Shown here: positions 51,650 through 64,000 of the stretch, piece by piece
How positions within the stretch are numbered: the first letter of the stretch is position 1
Layout of the letters: every line of letters starts with the position of its first letter
Assembly: GCA_951406725.2 (NCBI GenBank)
Contig: OX597826.1
Span: 6,076,001 to 6,140,000 of the forward strand
Direction of reading: 5' to 3'
Source of the DNA: Octopus vulgaris
Taxonomy: Eukaryota
Length of the DNA stretch: 64,000 bases
Program-made: the position numbers and the translations under genes
The notes under the pieces: model-generated
Seen by the model: the letters and a program-made list of their open reading frames with translations, nothing else
What the model was told of the DNA's origin: nothing
The model's database searches: none

Positions 51650-52080
51650 TTAAAAAGAGACTTAACGCAATGAATATATTGACTACATTTCAAAGAGTTC
51701 CCTACTTGTCTTTGATAATCATGCGCCGCTCCGTTTCAACTTTATATGTTGTCAGACTCAACTACGCATGCAGCTATTTGTTTTTATGAATCGATTCATT
51801 GCCTAATGGATACAGTCTATCACATGTTCATGCATGTAAGCATATTCCATCATTACTAGATATATGCAGACATATCAAATAGCTCATTGCACATTCTACA
51901 ACTGCTTTTTGCCACTTGTTTTGATGTTTCGCTTTTTCTTCTTCGCTAGGCACTGAGACCGTGCTTCCAAAATTAGATCATTTTGATACATCACTGACAT
52001 TGTATTTTTGAACAACTTTAGCTTGTTTTCTTGGTCATTGATCATAGAAATGATTTCCTCTTTATTTTGTTATCATGATA
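51650..52080 (-). pseudogene. Possible Tigger/CENP-B-type transposase N-terminal HTH remnant
   Basis: Minus-strand KEEIISMINDQ...ILEARSQCLAKKKKRNIKTS...; highly decayed. Confidence 0.3.
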
Positions 52081-53431
52081 TATTGAATTCCTATTTCAGA
52101 TTCTACTTTATATTTTTCTCATCAATTTATCATTCATATGTACGCCTAATATAACTCGATGCAATTGTTTCGTTATATATTAAGTAAAAATTTTTGGTAT
52201 TTTACGTTCCCTTATTAAGCTAATTGTTCTGTTCTCTAATTATTACCTCAGATACATTTCATTTATTTTGTTGCAATTTTTTTTTTCGAGAAACCTAATT
52301 GTTAATCAAAATGCATGTTGAGAATATTATAATGACAGTAAAAGTTAGATAATTCTATATGTGGAATCCCTTTTAGACTCTGTAACATACGAATATACTT
52401 TACAATTATTTGAACATGCAGTAAAATACTTCCTCAAATAATGTAATTTTGCTGCAAGCCAAAACGTGTTTGAAGAATATTTTATGTGTTCCGAGCACGA
52501 AATGCAAATCTATAGAGAGAATATATGAGATACACATGCAACATGATGTTCTATATAATTTTATTTGATCTTATTGTGATAATTTAAGAAATCAGTCTAT
52601 AGATTTTATATTCGTTTAAATTCACATTTCTTATCCTTATATCGACTCTATTGGATTATTATCGTTAATCTTATTGTCCGGTGGCAGAAAAACAAAAAAA
52701 GGAAATTAACACTATTGCAGACTTAGAAAATGACAATGTGAAAATAATATGTAATTTTAGCACAAAGGTAGAGCACCAGGATAGACATAATACATGCGGC
52801 ATTATTTTTTCATTATAAATAAAACAATAGTCTATTAATTATAAACAAAACAAAATGAAATTAATATCATGTTGTGGAGAAACTAACTGAAAAGTTAAAG
52901 AATTGCAATGATCACGCTGTTGAGCTAAATTATAACTTTAGTGCAATTAAGTGTTGTGTCTCTCATATAATTTTGTAGTGACACAGTAAAAATAATATAT
53001 TTCTATAAATCTATTCTGTAATCACATCAACAAAATACCTATAAAAATGCAGGTGCCTTGCAGATAATAGTAATACTGAAATCTGCAATCATTTTTTCTT
53101 TTAGAGTATTTTTACACAGTGTTATTAAAATCTCAGATATTTTTGTTGACCTGAGGCATATTTGTTTCTCCCTGAATTTTCTCATTTCCCTCGAAACATA
53201 TTGTTAATCCTGAATATTATCATACGTTTTCTATTAAAGATGTCTTTTTTTTTTTAGTTTTTTTTTACTTTCCACATATGTACGCATATTCGTTTAAGAT
53301 GTAGGAAGAAATAAGAGAAATGTTGTTTTTCGAGCATAATCATAAACATGATAATAATTTGAATACGAATAAGAAGAGCAACAACAACACCAACAACGAA
53401 AACAACAGCAGTTTCAGCAGCAACAGCAAGT

Positions 53432-53780
53432 GGAGGCGCAATGGCCCAATGGTTAAGGTAGCGGACTCGCGGTCGGAGGATCGCAGTTTCGTGTGTGTTT
53501 ATTAAGCGAAAACACCTAAAGCTCCACGAGGCACCGGCAGGGGGTGGTGGCGACCCCTGTTGTACTCTTTCGCTCCAACTTTCTCTCACTCTTTCTTCCT
53601 GTTACTTGTCTCCGACCCCCTACGTAACCGCTGAGACTGGATGCGCATTCATCCATCGGTGGATGCTCTCAGTGTCGGGGGTTAACCTGCTTGCTGTTCT
53701 GCGGGTCTTACGAATGGCAAAGGACCACGTTTCGGACTTCTCCCATCTTGCGAGCTCTGAGATGAAGACCGTTCGCTCAA
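53432..53780 (+). mobile_element. tRNA-derived SINE with a distinct structured 3' tail
   Basis: Same head/core as 12692-12966. The tail starting GTTACTTGTCTCCGACCCCC is unrelated to the other copies. Confidence 0.8.
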
Positions 53781-53825
53781 CAGCAACAGCAGCAGCAGCA
53801 GCAGCAGCAACAACGATGATGAATA

Positions 53826-54020
53826 CCCTAATGCAGTACCAGGCAATGGCACTCATGGTTTGTCATCTTAACTGATTGGAAGTGTTATGTTTTGTCTTGG
53901 CATAAAAATGGGCTACAACAAATGTATTGTTGAATGTCACAGAATTGCTTGTCAGTTGCTTAACTAGTTGAGCATGTCCCTTAGTGGCTGACAATACGTA
54001 CATCTATGATCATGAGCAAC
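53826..54020 (-). mobile_element. Fragment of a LINE-type 3' end repeat (same as 63677-64000)
   Basis: CCCTAATGCAGTACCAGGCAATGGCACTCATGG...GTTGAGCATGTCCCTTAGTGGCTGAC is shared with 63677-64000. Confidence 0.75.
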
Positions 54021-54704
54021 CATCTTTCAGTGAATTTTCTGGCATGTTAACTACTCATGGGCAATTTGAAAAAAGTCGATGTAGCACTGGTCAAAGAGGA
54101 AGATGTATGTTTACAGCACATATAGTCTCCTCTATGACATAAGAACTTTTGCAGAAGCCGCCAGACACAAAGGCTGCTTATTTATTATTATTTTGTCAGA
54201 AGGTGGCAGGAAGATCTTCATAATGGACTCAGCTGTTAATCGAAACCACGTGAAAACAATTGTTCAACGTAACTCCTCAAATCAGTAATGAACGTGTGCG
54301 TGCAAAAGGTTTTGTTGCTCTTCGTGCATCTCGGATATCCCCGGCTGGTCTTACTCCTTGCTCTTCTATTCCGGAATTTTAGTCGTATACGCGTATGTCT
54401 AATACTTTTGTACATGTGCTCATCTTCGTCTCTTGCCGTAATCTAGTGATATTCTTCCTTTAATATTGGCGTGGAATTTTTGGAATTGTTTAGATCCTGT
54501 GGTTATTGCAGGCATATTTTTGCATTCGAACTACACTTCAACAAAAGATTTAGCTTTTGGTTTACCAGCCTAGTATTACTAACGTTAGTGGTAACATTAC
54601 TACGGGTGGTGGAAACTGAAGTAGTAGTAATGGTATAGTGCAGTGGCAAATTGTATGTTCGCTGCTTACATTCTCACTGCTGTTGTTATTAATGTTGTTA
54701 CTGT

Positions 54705-55198
54705 CTTCTTCTTCTTCTTCTTCTTCTTCTTCTAATTATGACTCACGCCATAAGCCTCGAAGAATAATCTCTAATTCGAGCCTACCCTAAGCTACTAAGA
54801 ATGCGTGTGGCAACTTGAAGATCCACCCACCACTCGCGATAGACTGGCGGTTGCACAGGAGTGAAAGCTACGTTGTTATCCTCATTCCGTAAACGGTGGC
54901 TTTTAACGTGTGGAGAACTGAACCATCCTGGGGTACAGAGGATTCACAATCTAGACTAGGGTCTGAAAGTTTACCACACCATGGTTCCTCTGCTTTGTGG
55001 CAGATGTAGGAAGAAAGAGTGAGAGAAAGTTGCGCTGAAAGAGTACAACGGGGTTCACCCCCCCCCGCCCCACGCCTGATCCTCATGGAGCTTAGGTATT
55101 TTTGCTCAATAAACACTCACAATGCCCGGTCTGGGAATCGAAACTGCGTTCTTACGACCGTCTGTCCACTGTCCTAACCGCTGGGCCATTGCGCCTCC
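54705..55198 (-). mobile_element. tRNA-derived SINE with a long unique 3' tail ending in (GAA)n
   Basis: Head GGAGGCGCAATGGCCCAGCGGTTAGGACAG at 55198 on minus. The core ends at CTCTTTCTTCC, followed by about 270 nt of tail and then (GAA)n. Confidence 0.75.
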
Positions 55199-56409
55199 AC
55201 TGTTGTTGTTACTGCTTTCCTTTGCGTTTTACTCTTGTTGCCGTTGCTGCTGTCTAATTAAGTGAGTGTGTGTTGTTCGTGTGTGTGTTTAGCCGAGTCT
55301 TATTCGTGGTGCCACTGTCGCTCTCCATTCTTTACTTTTTTCTTAAAATTATTGTGCTTTTGCTTATTACGGCGCTGACTACTCCATCACTATTGGTGTT
55401 AATGGTTGCTGTAGTAGAAATTCCATCTAAAAGGCGAATACAAAGCTGAAATTACCTATTCCTTGGTATCCTGGTCTGTTTAGCGAACACAGTTTAGAAA
55501 CTTATACTTTTAAAATACTTAAAATCAAATAAAACATTCAAATGATTTGATGGGGTGCGTTGCAGTTACAAAAAAAACAACGAAAGTATAATAATAACAA
55601 TAGTGATGATGGTAATTATGATAAGTATAGAGCACTGGTAGTAATAGTTTTTGTTGTTGGTGTTATTGTTGTTGTAGCACAAAACATTCTAGCTTCCATA
55701 AAATTATTCCGGGTTAATTTGACGAAATTATATCTAAACTGTTGCTGAAGCAACTACGGTAGGGACATCTATAGTAATTTTACGAAACATGTCTGCTATA
55801 TACCCTATCAATACTTTTTTCTTACTCAGCTGATTCAATCCAGATTATTGTTTTTCTACATGAATATATTTGCATATATTTTTTTGTTTCTCCTAGACGC
55901 CTTATTCCATTACACCCACTCTCTATTTATGAACCTCTTTCTAAGCTTATGTAAATCACATGGTACCAAAAACGAAAAACATAATTCAAGGAACGATATG
56001 ACCAACATTAGCATTCATTTAGGACAGCTAATCTTCATTTGTATTTCCGTTTATATTTAGAAGCTTAAAGAACAAGGTATGAACCAATATAATCTGCATT
56101 GTAATTGACAGAAACGACAGTCAGAAATGGGCACTACCATGTTTAAAATTTCCAAGACAAATCATACGTCACAGCGAGGCTTGTACGATTCCATTTAAGG
56201 TGAACGTCCAAAGAAAGAAGTTCTATTAAAGGATTCCAATTGCAATTCCTAGTTTTACGAATTCTCAGCCTTCCATAGATTATACTTGCACAGTTTGTGC
56301 CATAATTGCAGGTATAATTCTAATAATTCAAATAATTCTCATAATATATATAATCTATATTTTTTTCATTCAGACGCGCAGATGAATTCTTTATTTACAT
56401 TAAACATTA

Positions 56410-56826
56410 TTCTCTTTTACTCTTTTACTCTTTTATTTGTTTCAGTCATTTGACTGGCCATGCTGGAGCACCGCCTTTAGTGGAGCAAATCGATTCCAGG
56501 ACTTATTCTTTGTAAGCCTAGTACTTATTCTATCGGTCTCTTTTGCCGAACCGCCAAGTTATGGGGACGTAAAAACACCAGCATCGGTTGTCAAGCGATG
56601 TTGGGGGGACAAACACAGACACACAAACACACACTCACACACACACATATATATACATATATACAACGGGTTTCTTTCAGTTTCCATCTACCAAATCCAC
56701 TGACAAGGCATTGGTCGGCTCGAGGCTATAGCAGAAGACACTTGCCCAAGGTGCCACGCAGTGAGATTGAATCCGGAACCATGTGGTTGGTAAGCAAGCT
56801 ACTTACCACACAGCCACTCCTGCGCC
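56410..56826 (-). mobile_element. Full-length SINE (GGCGCAGGAGTGGCTGTGTGGTAAG family) with (GTAAAAGA)n tail
   Basis: tRNA-like head, GCACCTTGGGCAAGTGTCTT core, internal (TG)n, and a tandem 3' tail. Matches 61825-62240. Confidence 0.9.
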
Positions 56827-57635
56827 TATGTTAATATATATTGAACAATTGATTTCTATTACTCTACACACATTTAACAAATGTGGTTGTAGAATCAGTC
56901 AATCAGAAGTCTTTCCGGTTATCGATGAGTATGCCTTCTACATTATCGTAACTCATAGCTATATATTTATAGTTATCTGTGTTACATATTGCACCGTATA
57001 CTCTTTCGGCCAAGACGTCATGACACATGGACAGAAAGCATCATGAGAATTTTGAACAGATGTTTTATTTCTACATTATTTCACATGCATCAGCATTTAT
57101 AATGTTTCACCCACATTAATATTCCTCTCGTGCATCAGATACTGTTAATTCATGTTTCTACATTGAAAAAAAAAAATAATAACTTCGTGTGTGAAATAAT
57201 CTAATATATGGGTTGTTGGTCCAAGCTTGTCTATATAGCTTATGTTACTTTTACTCTGAATCTTTATCCGACAAGGCCAAGAATGCTCGTATAATAATAA
57301 AGAGAAAGACGTTTTTCATCAGATGTTCTATTGCCGTAGCACCATGAAATCTCCCTGTTATTTATGCTGTTACGGGGTAGTAATAAAGCTTCGAATCTTT
57401 TGTCATTTGAGTTTGGTGTAAAAGGTTACCTAAAGCGTACTTCATACCGTAACAGTTGGTCTATATGGAAGGAGAATTTATCTGGATAGATGAATAGAAA
57501 GTAAGACTAAAATATATAGGAATTTCAAGCGGTTTGGAGTTTCTATGTAAATTGAAAAAACAAAAAAAGGTGTTTATGAGAGATAGAAAAATCTAAATCT
57601 ACAACACTTTCTACAAAAGCGATGTCTGTCTTTCA

Positions 57636-57870
57636 TTCTCTCTCTCTCTCTCTCTCATCAACTCCCTCTCTCTCGTGAACTTTCTCTCTCACTCATCAAC
57701 TCTCTCTCTCTCTCCCTCATGAAATTTCTCTCTCACTCATCAACTCTCTCTCTCTCCCTCATCAACTCTCTCTCTCTCTCTCATCAATTCTCTCTCTCTC
57801 ATCAATTCTCTCTCTCTCTCTCATCAACTCTCTCTATCTCTCTCCCTCATCAACTCCTTCTCTCTCTCCT
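57636..57870. repeat. Compound minisatellite (CT)n-CATCAA units
   Basis: About 7 units of (CT)n punctuated by CATCAA(C/T)T. Confidence 0.85.
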
Positions 57871-60029
57871 TTCTGTCTATCTTTCCTTCTTATTATCTCT
57901 CGCAAGACAAGTCTTAGAAACGCTAGATACGTCTCTTCTCTCGGGAATTTTAACTTATCGAACAGTTTTATGAATTCCCCAATACACTAATTGTTGCCGA
58001 GACTGATCATCGTCAGTTTCCTTAGAATCCGGATTATAACCTTTTCTATTGATATATGCTTTATATCACCAGTCTTTTCCTCCCATTATATATGTAATGG
58101 AATTATAAGGCCTGATTTATATTTGAACATGAATACATGTTTCGCATGAGTCAATCATTAATTATAAAACAAATTAATGTTAATGCCGATATTTTCTTTG
58201 TATCGTGCTAATTCATATGGAATCAATGACCTCACAAGAATGAAATCATTGTTATTCGCATCCTGCTGGTTCTCTCTTCTTCTAGTTCTTGTTCCTGCTG
58301 CTGCTGTCACTGTTGTAGTAGTTGGACTTGTTGTTGCTGTTCGTTTTCTTCTTCTTCGTCTTCCACCTCCTCCTCCTCTCCTCTTCCTCCTCCTCATCTT
58401 CTTCTTCTTCTTCTTCTTCTTCTTCTTCTATATTTACTTCTACTTCGTTCATTTATTCTTCTCTTATATATTTTGATTGTTATTATTGCAATGGTTATTA
58501 CTATCATTGTTAATCTTATAGTTATTATCATTCACTGATATAAAAGAATACAATTATCTAGATTAGTAATTTCATAAACAATAAGATATTTAATTCACTG
58601 TATTGTTAGAGAATTCTACTGGTAAATAGCTAAAACTGGACTCTAGGATGCAAAATACGGCCGGGATGATTCGGATATGTAGATTAATATTCAAACTTAT
58701 AATAATCTATACAATGTTAGTAATAACAATTTGGAAAAAGAGAATAATTCCGTAGTGATATTACTAATTTTGATAATGACAGGGAAAACGAAGAAGAGAC
58801 TCGCAAACAGCAGGCATATGCAAGTGCTGACAATCGTGAGCGCTACCTAGCATCTACGGATACTAGTAGTTTGGACGGATCCTCTAGAGAGAATCGGCAC
58901 AATTTCGATGTCTTACCCTTGAAGGTTTTACAATGTGTATACGCATCACCTGACTGGTGTTCGTCACTGCTACTCTTATGGGAGAGTGAAGCTGGTTTGA
59001 CTAAACATTCAGGCCTTATGCCTATACACCACTTCTCTAGTCGTGCATCCATATTCATTGGTTGGCTTTTTCAACTGTTGACTACATTTTTCTCAGATGG
59101 CGTTAGCTTCAGGATAACAACTATCCAGTAAGTCTGTTTCAAATAGAACCTTTATAGAATCTCGATTAAAATAGTATCTCGATTCAAATAATAGAGGAAA
59201 TTATCTATGATAGCATATTCTATAAGCATAGCCCAAAACGTATCTCCGAGAGAATGGAGCATGACAAAATTGATCTATGTATGACAATAGCCAAGAAGTG
59301 GCACAGAAAGGATAAGAAATAAACATCAACTGTTTTTTTCTAGCAGGTCAAGCAAGTGTTGAATGATTCTAATGTGGCTCATGAATTAATGTAGATTAAC
59401 CGAAGTCAGTAAGAAACAGCTAATTCCTATTTGGAACTATTCACGTTTTCTACGAAATTTTTGTAACTCTATATTCTCAAACGTTTAGATGAAAAATATT
59501 TATTAAAATATACAACACAAAGACTTGCACAAACACGCACTTGCCCGTATATTCCTTATATTATGCGTATAAATAAATATATGTAGATATATGTGTGCAT
59601 TTGTACAAATATATACATGCATATATATATGTGTGCGCTTGTGAGCTCTGGTATAGATATGTTTGTGAATATATAAGATGTAAAATATATGACGATAGGC
59701 ATCGATTTCTTTCTGAATGACCATTTTAATGGCTCCCATTAATGCTCTGAAAACATGCAATATATACATACATTGGAATATATTTCTTAAATTTATGATA
59801 AACGGTTAAATAAATTATTATAGATAATCAATTTACATATTTTATTTAGTTGATGAAAACCTATTTATGTTAATGGTTCCTAGAATTTTATATCAGGATT
59901 TTTACATCGAGTGGATGGATAGCATTAACAATGACAATAAGGTTGCATCAATAAGTTTATAGCAATACATATCAATAACAATATACAGCAGCATCATTAT
60001 GAGCAAGAAGCCAAACTAGAGGCAAGAAG

Positions 60030-61190
60030 TGGCCTTGGTCACTGTATTCACCACCTGGAGTTACACAGTCACAAACAACACAAAATCTTCACTCAGTCTC
60101 GCAATGATTGTGCTTGTTGATTTAGCCACACGAGTATCCGATCTTGTAGCTTGTTTTCTATAATATTGCGAGAGAGAAATACTTCTCTCAGTACCCTCAG
60201 ATCTCTCTTTTCAAGAGACCTAAAGACATAGATAAATGTTTGGCTCGATATTAAAAAGTGAATCGGTATAACTTTTAACTCTCCCAGAAACTTTTTCGTC
60301 CACAGACATTTTCAATGATATGACAGTGTTTGTCTCTCTTACTAAATATGCCAATATCCGGCCGACGGTGTTCGATTACACGATCCGTCTGAAAATCATA
60401 GTCCCAGAGTATCGTTACTTTTCCATCCTCCTGCATCACTTCCCTTGGTACATGTTCATAGCAGTTTTCTCTAACTTCACGTTGGTATTTACAGCATGAG
60501 AGCCAATGAAGATTCACACAAACTTTATCGTGGCAGCGCTTGAATTCTTTTCAGGCAAGGCTCTCACATCCACTTACCAAGTGGGTTACGTTTTCCACAC
60601 TCTTTCTACAGAGTCTGCAGTTCTGGGTGACAGAAATTTTATAGATGTTATACTTCACTGAATTGGCAGCGAGAGCCTGGTCTTGTGCAGCAATGATCAT
60701 GCTTCAAATCACGTCGCTCAAGTCATGTCAACGATGCTGTATTATCCTAAATGTCCTGTGTATTCCTTTCAAACTGTCCATACATTCTCATTCCAAACAG
60801 GTCTTCTTTTCTCTTCTCCTCAACTCTTTTATTAAAGTCTTCCGTCCCCATTATTTCATCTGCATCTACACCCATATCTTTCGCAGAATATTGCAGAAGG
60901 TGTCATCACATTTTATCAAATACTCAGCAAGCGTACTCCTTTCACTCCTTATACAATGGCCTATACTAATAAGTCCTCTGCCATCATTCTTTCGTTTCAT
61001 ATACATTCTGTTTACGTTTGCTTTAGGGTGTAGCGCACCATGCAGCGCCATCAACTTTCTCCTACATCTATCCAGTGTTGACGTTTCCTCCTTAATCCAT
61101 CTGAGGATGGACGCACGATATCTGACCACCACAACCACCCAGATATTCATTGTGGAAATCAAATGTTTGGCATTAAGGTTGGATTCCAAC
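60030..61190 (-). pseudogene. R4/Dong-clade non-LTR element, 3' part (post-RT, zinc knuckle, RLE)
   Basis: ALHPKANVNRMYMKRKNDGRGLISI; CRLCRKSVENVTHLVSGCESLA; VTILWDYDFQTDRVIEHRRPDIGIF. Confidence 0.85.
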
Positions 61191-61274
61191 ACCATATATA
61201 TATATGCATGTACGTATATAGATAGGTATACATATATATGTCTCTCTCCGTATGTACGTATATATATATATATA

Positions 61275-61769
61275 TTCCAAACAAGAAAGCACAAAAAAAA
61301 AACGCAACAACGCGAGGACGTGGAACAAATATAGTATTATTGGATGCTCAGGAAAGAAGGAAAGAAGGAGGGTTTAACGTTTCGAGCGGAGCTCTTCGTC
61401 GGAAACATAGCGATAATTATCGCTATGGGCTCCGTGTGGGCAGTCATCTAAAAGTTTTTGTTCATCTTGATGCTGACATAAGTTCCTTGTTTTTCCTGAT
61501 GAGAAGTTGGCATAATGCACCCCTTATTCCTTCGAAATTAGGAATATGCAGCCTTCGAAACATATGTCGAGAATAAAGGAATTTTGTTAATTCGTCGTTC
61601 AAGTCCATTCTTTCATTTATTTGTATTAAAAACACACACAAATTTCCACACGAAAGCACGTGATCTCTGCCCTTGGCATGTAGCTTCAACCGTGTTTTTC
61701 TGACGTGAATTTGCTACCCAGCTATCGGTTAACCGAATTATCCATAATAAGATAATTCATTCAACTACT

Positions 61770-61772
<3 letters not shown>
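61275..61772 (-). mobile_element. Penelope-type 3' fragment between (TA)n tracts, with a hammerhead at 61372-61406
   Basis: Minus strand GTTT-CCGACGA-A-GAGC TCC GCTC-GAAA-CG-TT-AAAC. Flanked by (TA)n on both sides. Confidence 0.6.
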
Positions 61773-61811
<39 letters not shown>

Positions 61812-61824
61812 CATATATATATAT

Positions 61825-62239
61825 GCGCAGGAGAGGCTGTGCGGAAGTAGATGTCTTACCAACCACATGGTTCCGGGTTTAGTCCCACTGCACCTTGGGC
61901 AAGCGTCTTCTGCTATAGCCTCGAGCCGATCATTGTGAGTGGATTTCTTAGCTGGAAACTGAAGGAAGCCCGTCGTATGTATATATGTACGTGTTTGGTT
62001 GTGTGTTTGTTTGTGTTTGTGTGTCTGTGTTTGCCCCACCCCACAACATTACTTGACAACCGACGATGGTGAGTTTACGTCCCCGTAACTTAGCTGTTCT
62101 GCTAAATAAACCTATAGAATGAGTACTAGAATAAGTACTAGGCTTACAACGAATAAGTCCCGTAGGTATATTTGCTCGACTAAAGGTGGTGTTCCAGCAT
62201 GGGCGCATTCAAATGACTGAAACAAGTAAAAGAACAAGA

Positions 62240-62240
<1 letters not shown>
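61825..62240 (+). mobile_element. Full-length SINE (same family as 56410-56826)
   Basis: GCGCAGGAGAGGCTGTGCGGAAG...GCACCTTGGGCAAGCGTCTT...CAAATGACTGAAACAAGTAAAAGA. Confidence 0.9.
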
Positions 62241-62316
<76 letters not shown>

Positions 62317-62359
62317 CAAAGACAGACAGATAGAAACCAGACAGACAGACAGTTAGGCA

Positions 62360-62421
<62 letters not shown>

Positions 62422-62479
62422 AATTTGTATATATATACACACAGAAACACAAACACAAACACACAGATGTTCATTGTTA

Positions 62480-63465
62480 GTTAACGCAGAATGCAGTTGT
62501 TCACGTAATCCTATCTCTTGCAGTACTCTGCAACTCCGGAGACACTATTGACCACTGCAGTTCCTTCTGACATTTTAAACGGGCGAAAGCGCACATTGTA
62601 TCCCTTTAGTGGCGAAGGCAGTGTAAAAACATGTGTTTGCTATTTTGGTAGATCTGTTAGTGAGGTTATTCTTGGGCCAAAAATCCCCCACTTCTGCTAT
62701 TGTTATAATCGTTTTGGAGTCGAACTCTTGGTTTTGTTCCAAGAACCGTTGGAATTTCTGATACCGACATACTCTTTGTGCTTCGGCGAGTATATCTTGC
62801 TTTAGCTGTTCTGTAATTTTGTATTTCCGTAGTATTTTTCTTCTCTTCTTGTTACTTAGTAATTTTGTTTACCTACTGGTTTCATTAAAGGTTGACAGAT
62901 TATTTCTTCTATTTTCTATTCTTTTCCCACGGACACACTTTAGATTGTGATACTTCTGTTTGGATGGATTTGAGGGGTATCCAGCTTCTTTAATGGCCAC
63001 AAATGCTACTGCACATATTATATCATTTAACCTGGTCATACTTATATTTCTTGCTATTAGTTCCGTGATGGCCAGATTTATGTTACTTATTATTGTTGCT
63101 GTTTTATTCTCAACCTTAATTTGCGGATGGTACAATCGGTGACACATACTGAGATATGTGGCTTTTGACTCTTTGATTATTTTCATCTTTAGAGTATCAT
63201 AATCATGATTTTTGCCTTAATTGTTTCTAAGTTTAAGATTTGCACCGCATTTCTTCCTGTTAATACTTTTGTCTGTGGTGCATTTGCACATCATTATGCA
63301 TTCCTACGGTTTGAGTTTTCTATGCTTCATTCTTTCGATTTCGTTGCATATATTAAGTCTACATTTTATGCTATCATTTGGCCCTGTTGTATGGTCACTA
63401 TCTAAGTTTGCCTAATGTATTTTTTCTGTTGAATGCTTTATTTCAAATTCTGATATATTTTATTC
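62480..63465 (-). pseudogene. Probable N-terminal (pre-RT) part of the R4/Dong element at 60030-61190
   Basis: INLAITELIARNISMTRLNDIICAVAFVAIKEAG...KRIENRRNNLS resembles the R4-type N-terminal region. Same strand, and upstream of the 3' part. Confidence 0.5.
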
Positions 63466-63505
63466 TTATAATATATCATTGTAATTATTATTATTAATAT
63501 TATCA

Positions 63506-63564
<59 letters not shown>

Positions 63565-63621
63565 TTGTATATTTAATAGTTTTTCATGGAAATCTTTTAC
63601 AATGACTTGAATAATAATAGC

Positions 63622-63676
<55 letters not shown>

Positions 63677-63678
<2 letters not shown>

Positions 63679-64000
63679 TGCCCTGATGCAGTACCAGGCA
63701 CTGGCTCTCATGTCTTCTGATCTTAACTGATTGGAAGTGTTATCATCTACATTGTTTTGTCTTGGTATAAAAGATGGGCTACAGCAAATATTCTACTCAG
63801 TACCACAGATTTGCTTGTCAGTTGTTTGACCTTAACCAGTTGAGCATGTTCCTTAGTGGCTGACGATATGTGCATCTCTGATCACAAGCAGAAGTAGTCG
63901 GGGAGCATCATAGCCATGTGTTGAGAGGGATTCTTTGGGGTTTGAATAATTCACCTCTGGTAACATGGGTGGTTCTTTCAACATCCTTAAACAACCCTTA
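63677..64000 (-). mobile_element. 3' end of a LINE-type repeat with (ATT)n tail, running off the window edge
   Basis: The minus strand ends ...GCATCAGGGCAA then (TTA)n. A second copy lies at 53826. Confidence 0.7.

Overview
Eukaryotic, AT-rich, extremely microsatellite-dense non-coding DNA. The repeat families (tRNA-derived SINEs, TA/CA/GATA microsatellites) look like an Octopus or other cephalopod intron or intergenic region; this species call is an inference from repeat recognition. No host protein-coding gene can be called with confidence, and most listed ORFs are microsatellite artefacts. The window is a mosaic of mobile elements: a 5'-truncated but nearly intact Penelope-like element (RT + GIY-YIG, 19282-21457); two decayed R4/Dong-type RLE non-LTR elements; RTE-type LINE remnants; remnants of pogo/Tigger, P-like and BEL/Pao elements; a non-autonomous Helitron cluster; a TA-flanked MITE; and about 25 SINE copies. 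The most interesting signals are (1) several distinct minimal type I hammerhead ribozyme motifs in short TA-flanked Penelope-type ends, with non-canonical cores (U3-A8 covariation, and U4->C seen twice), and (2) one SINE head/core joined to several unrelated 3' tails.
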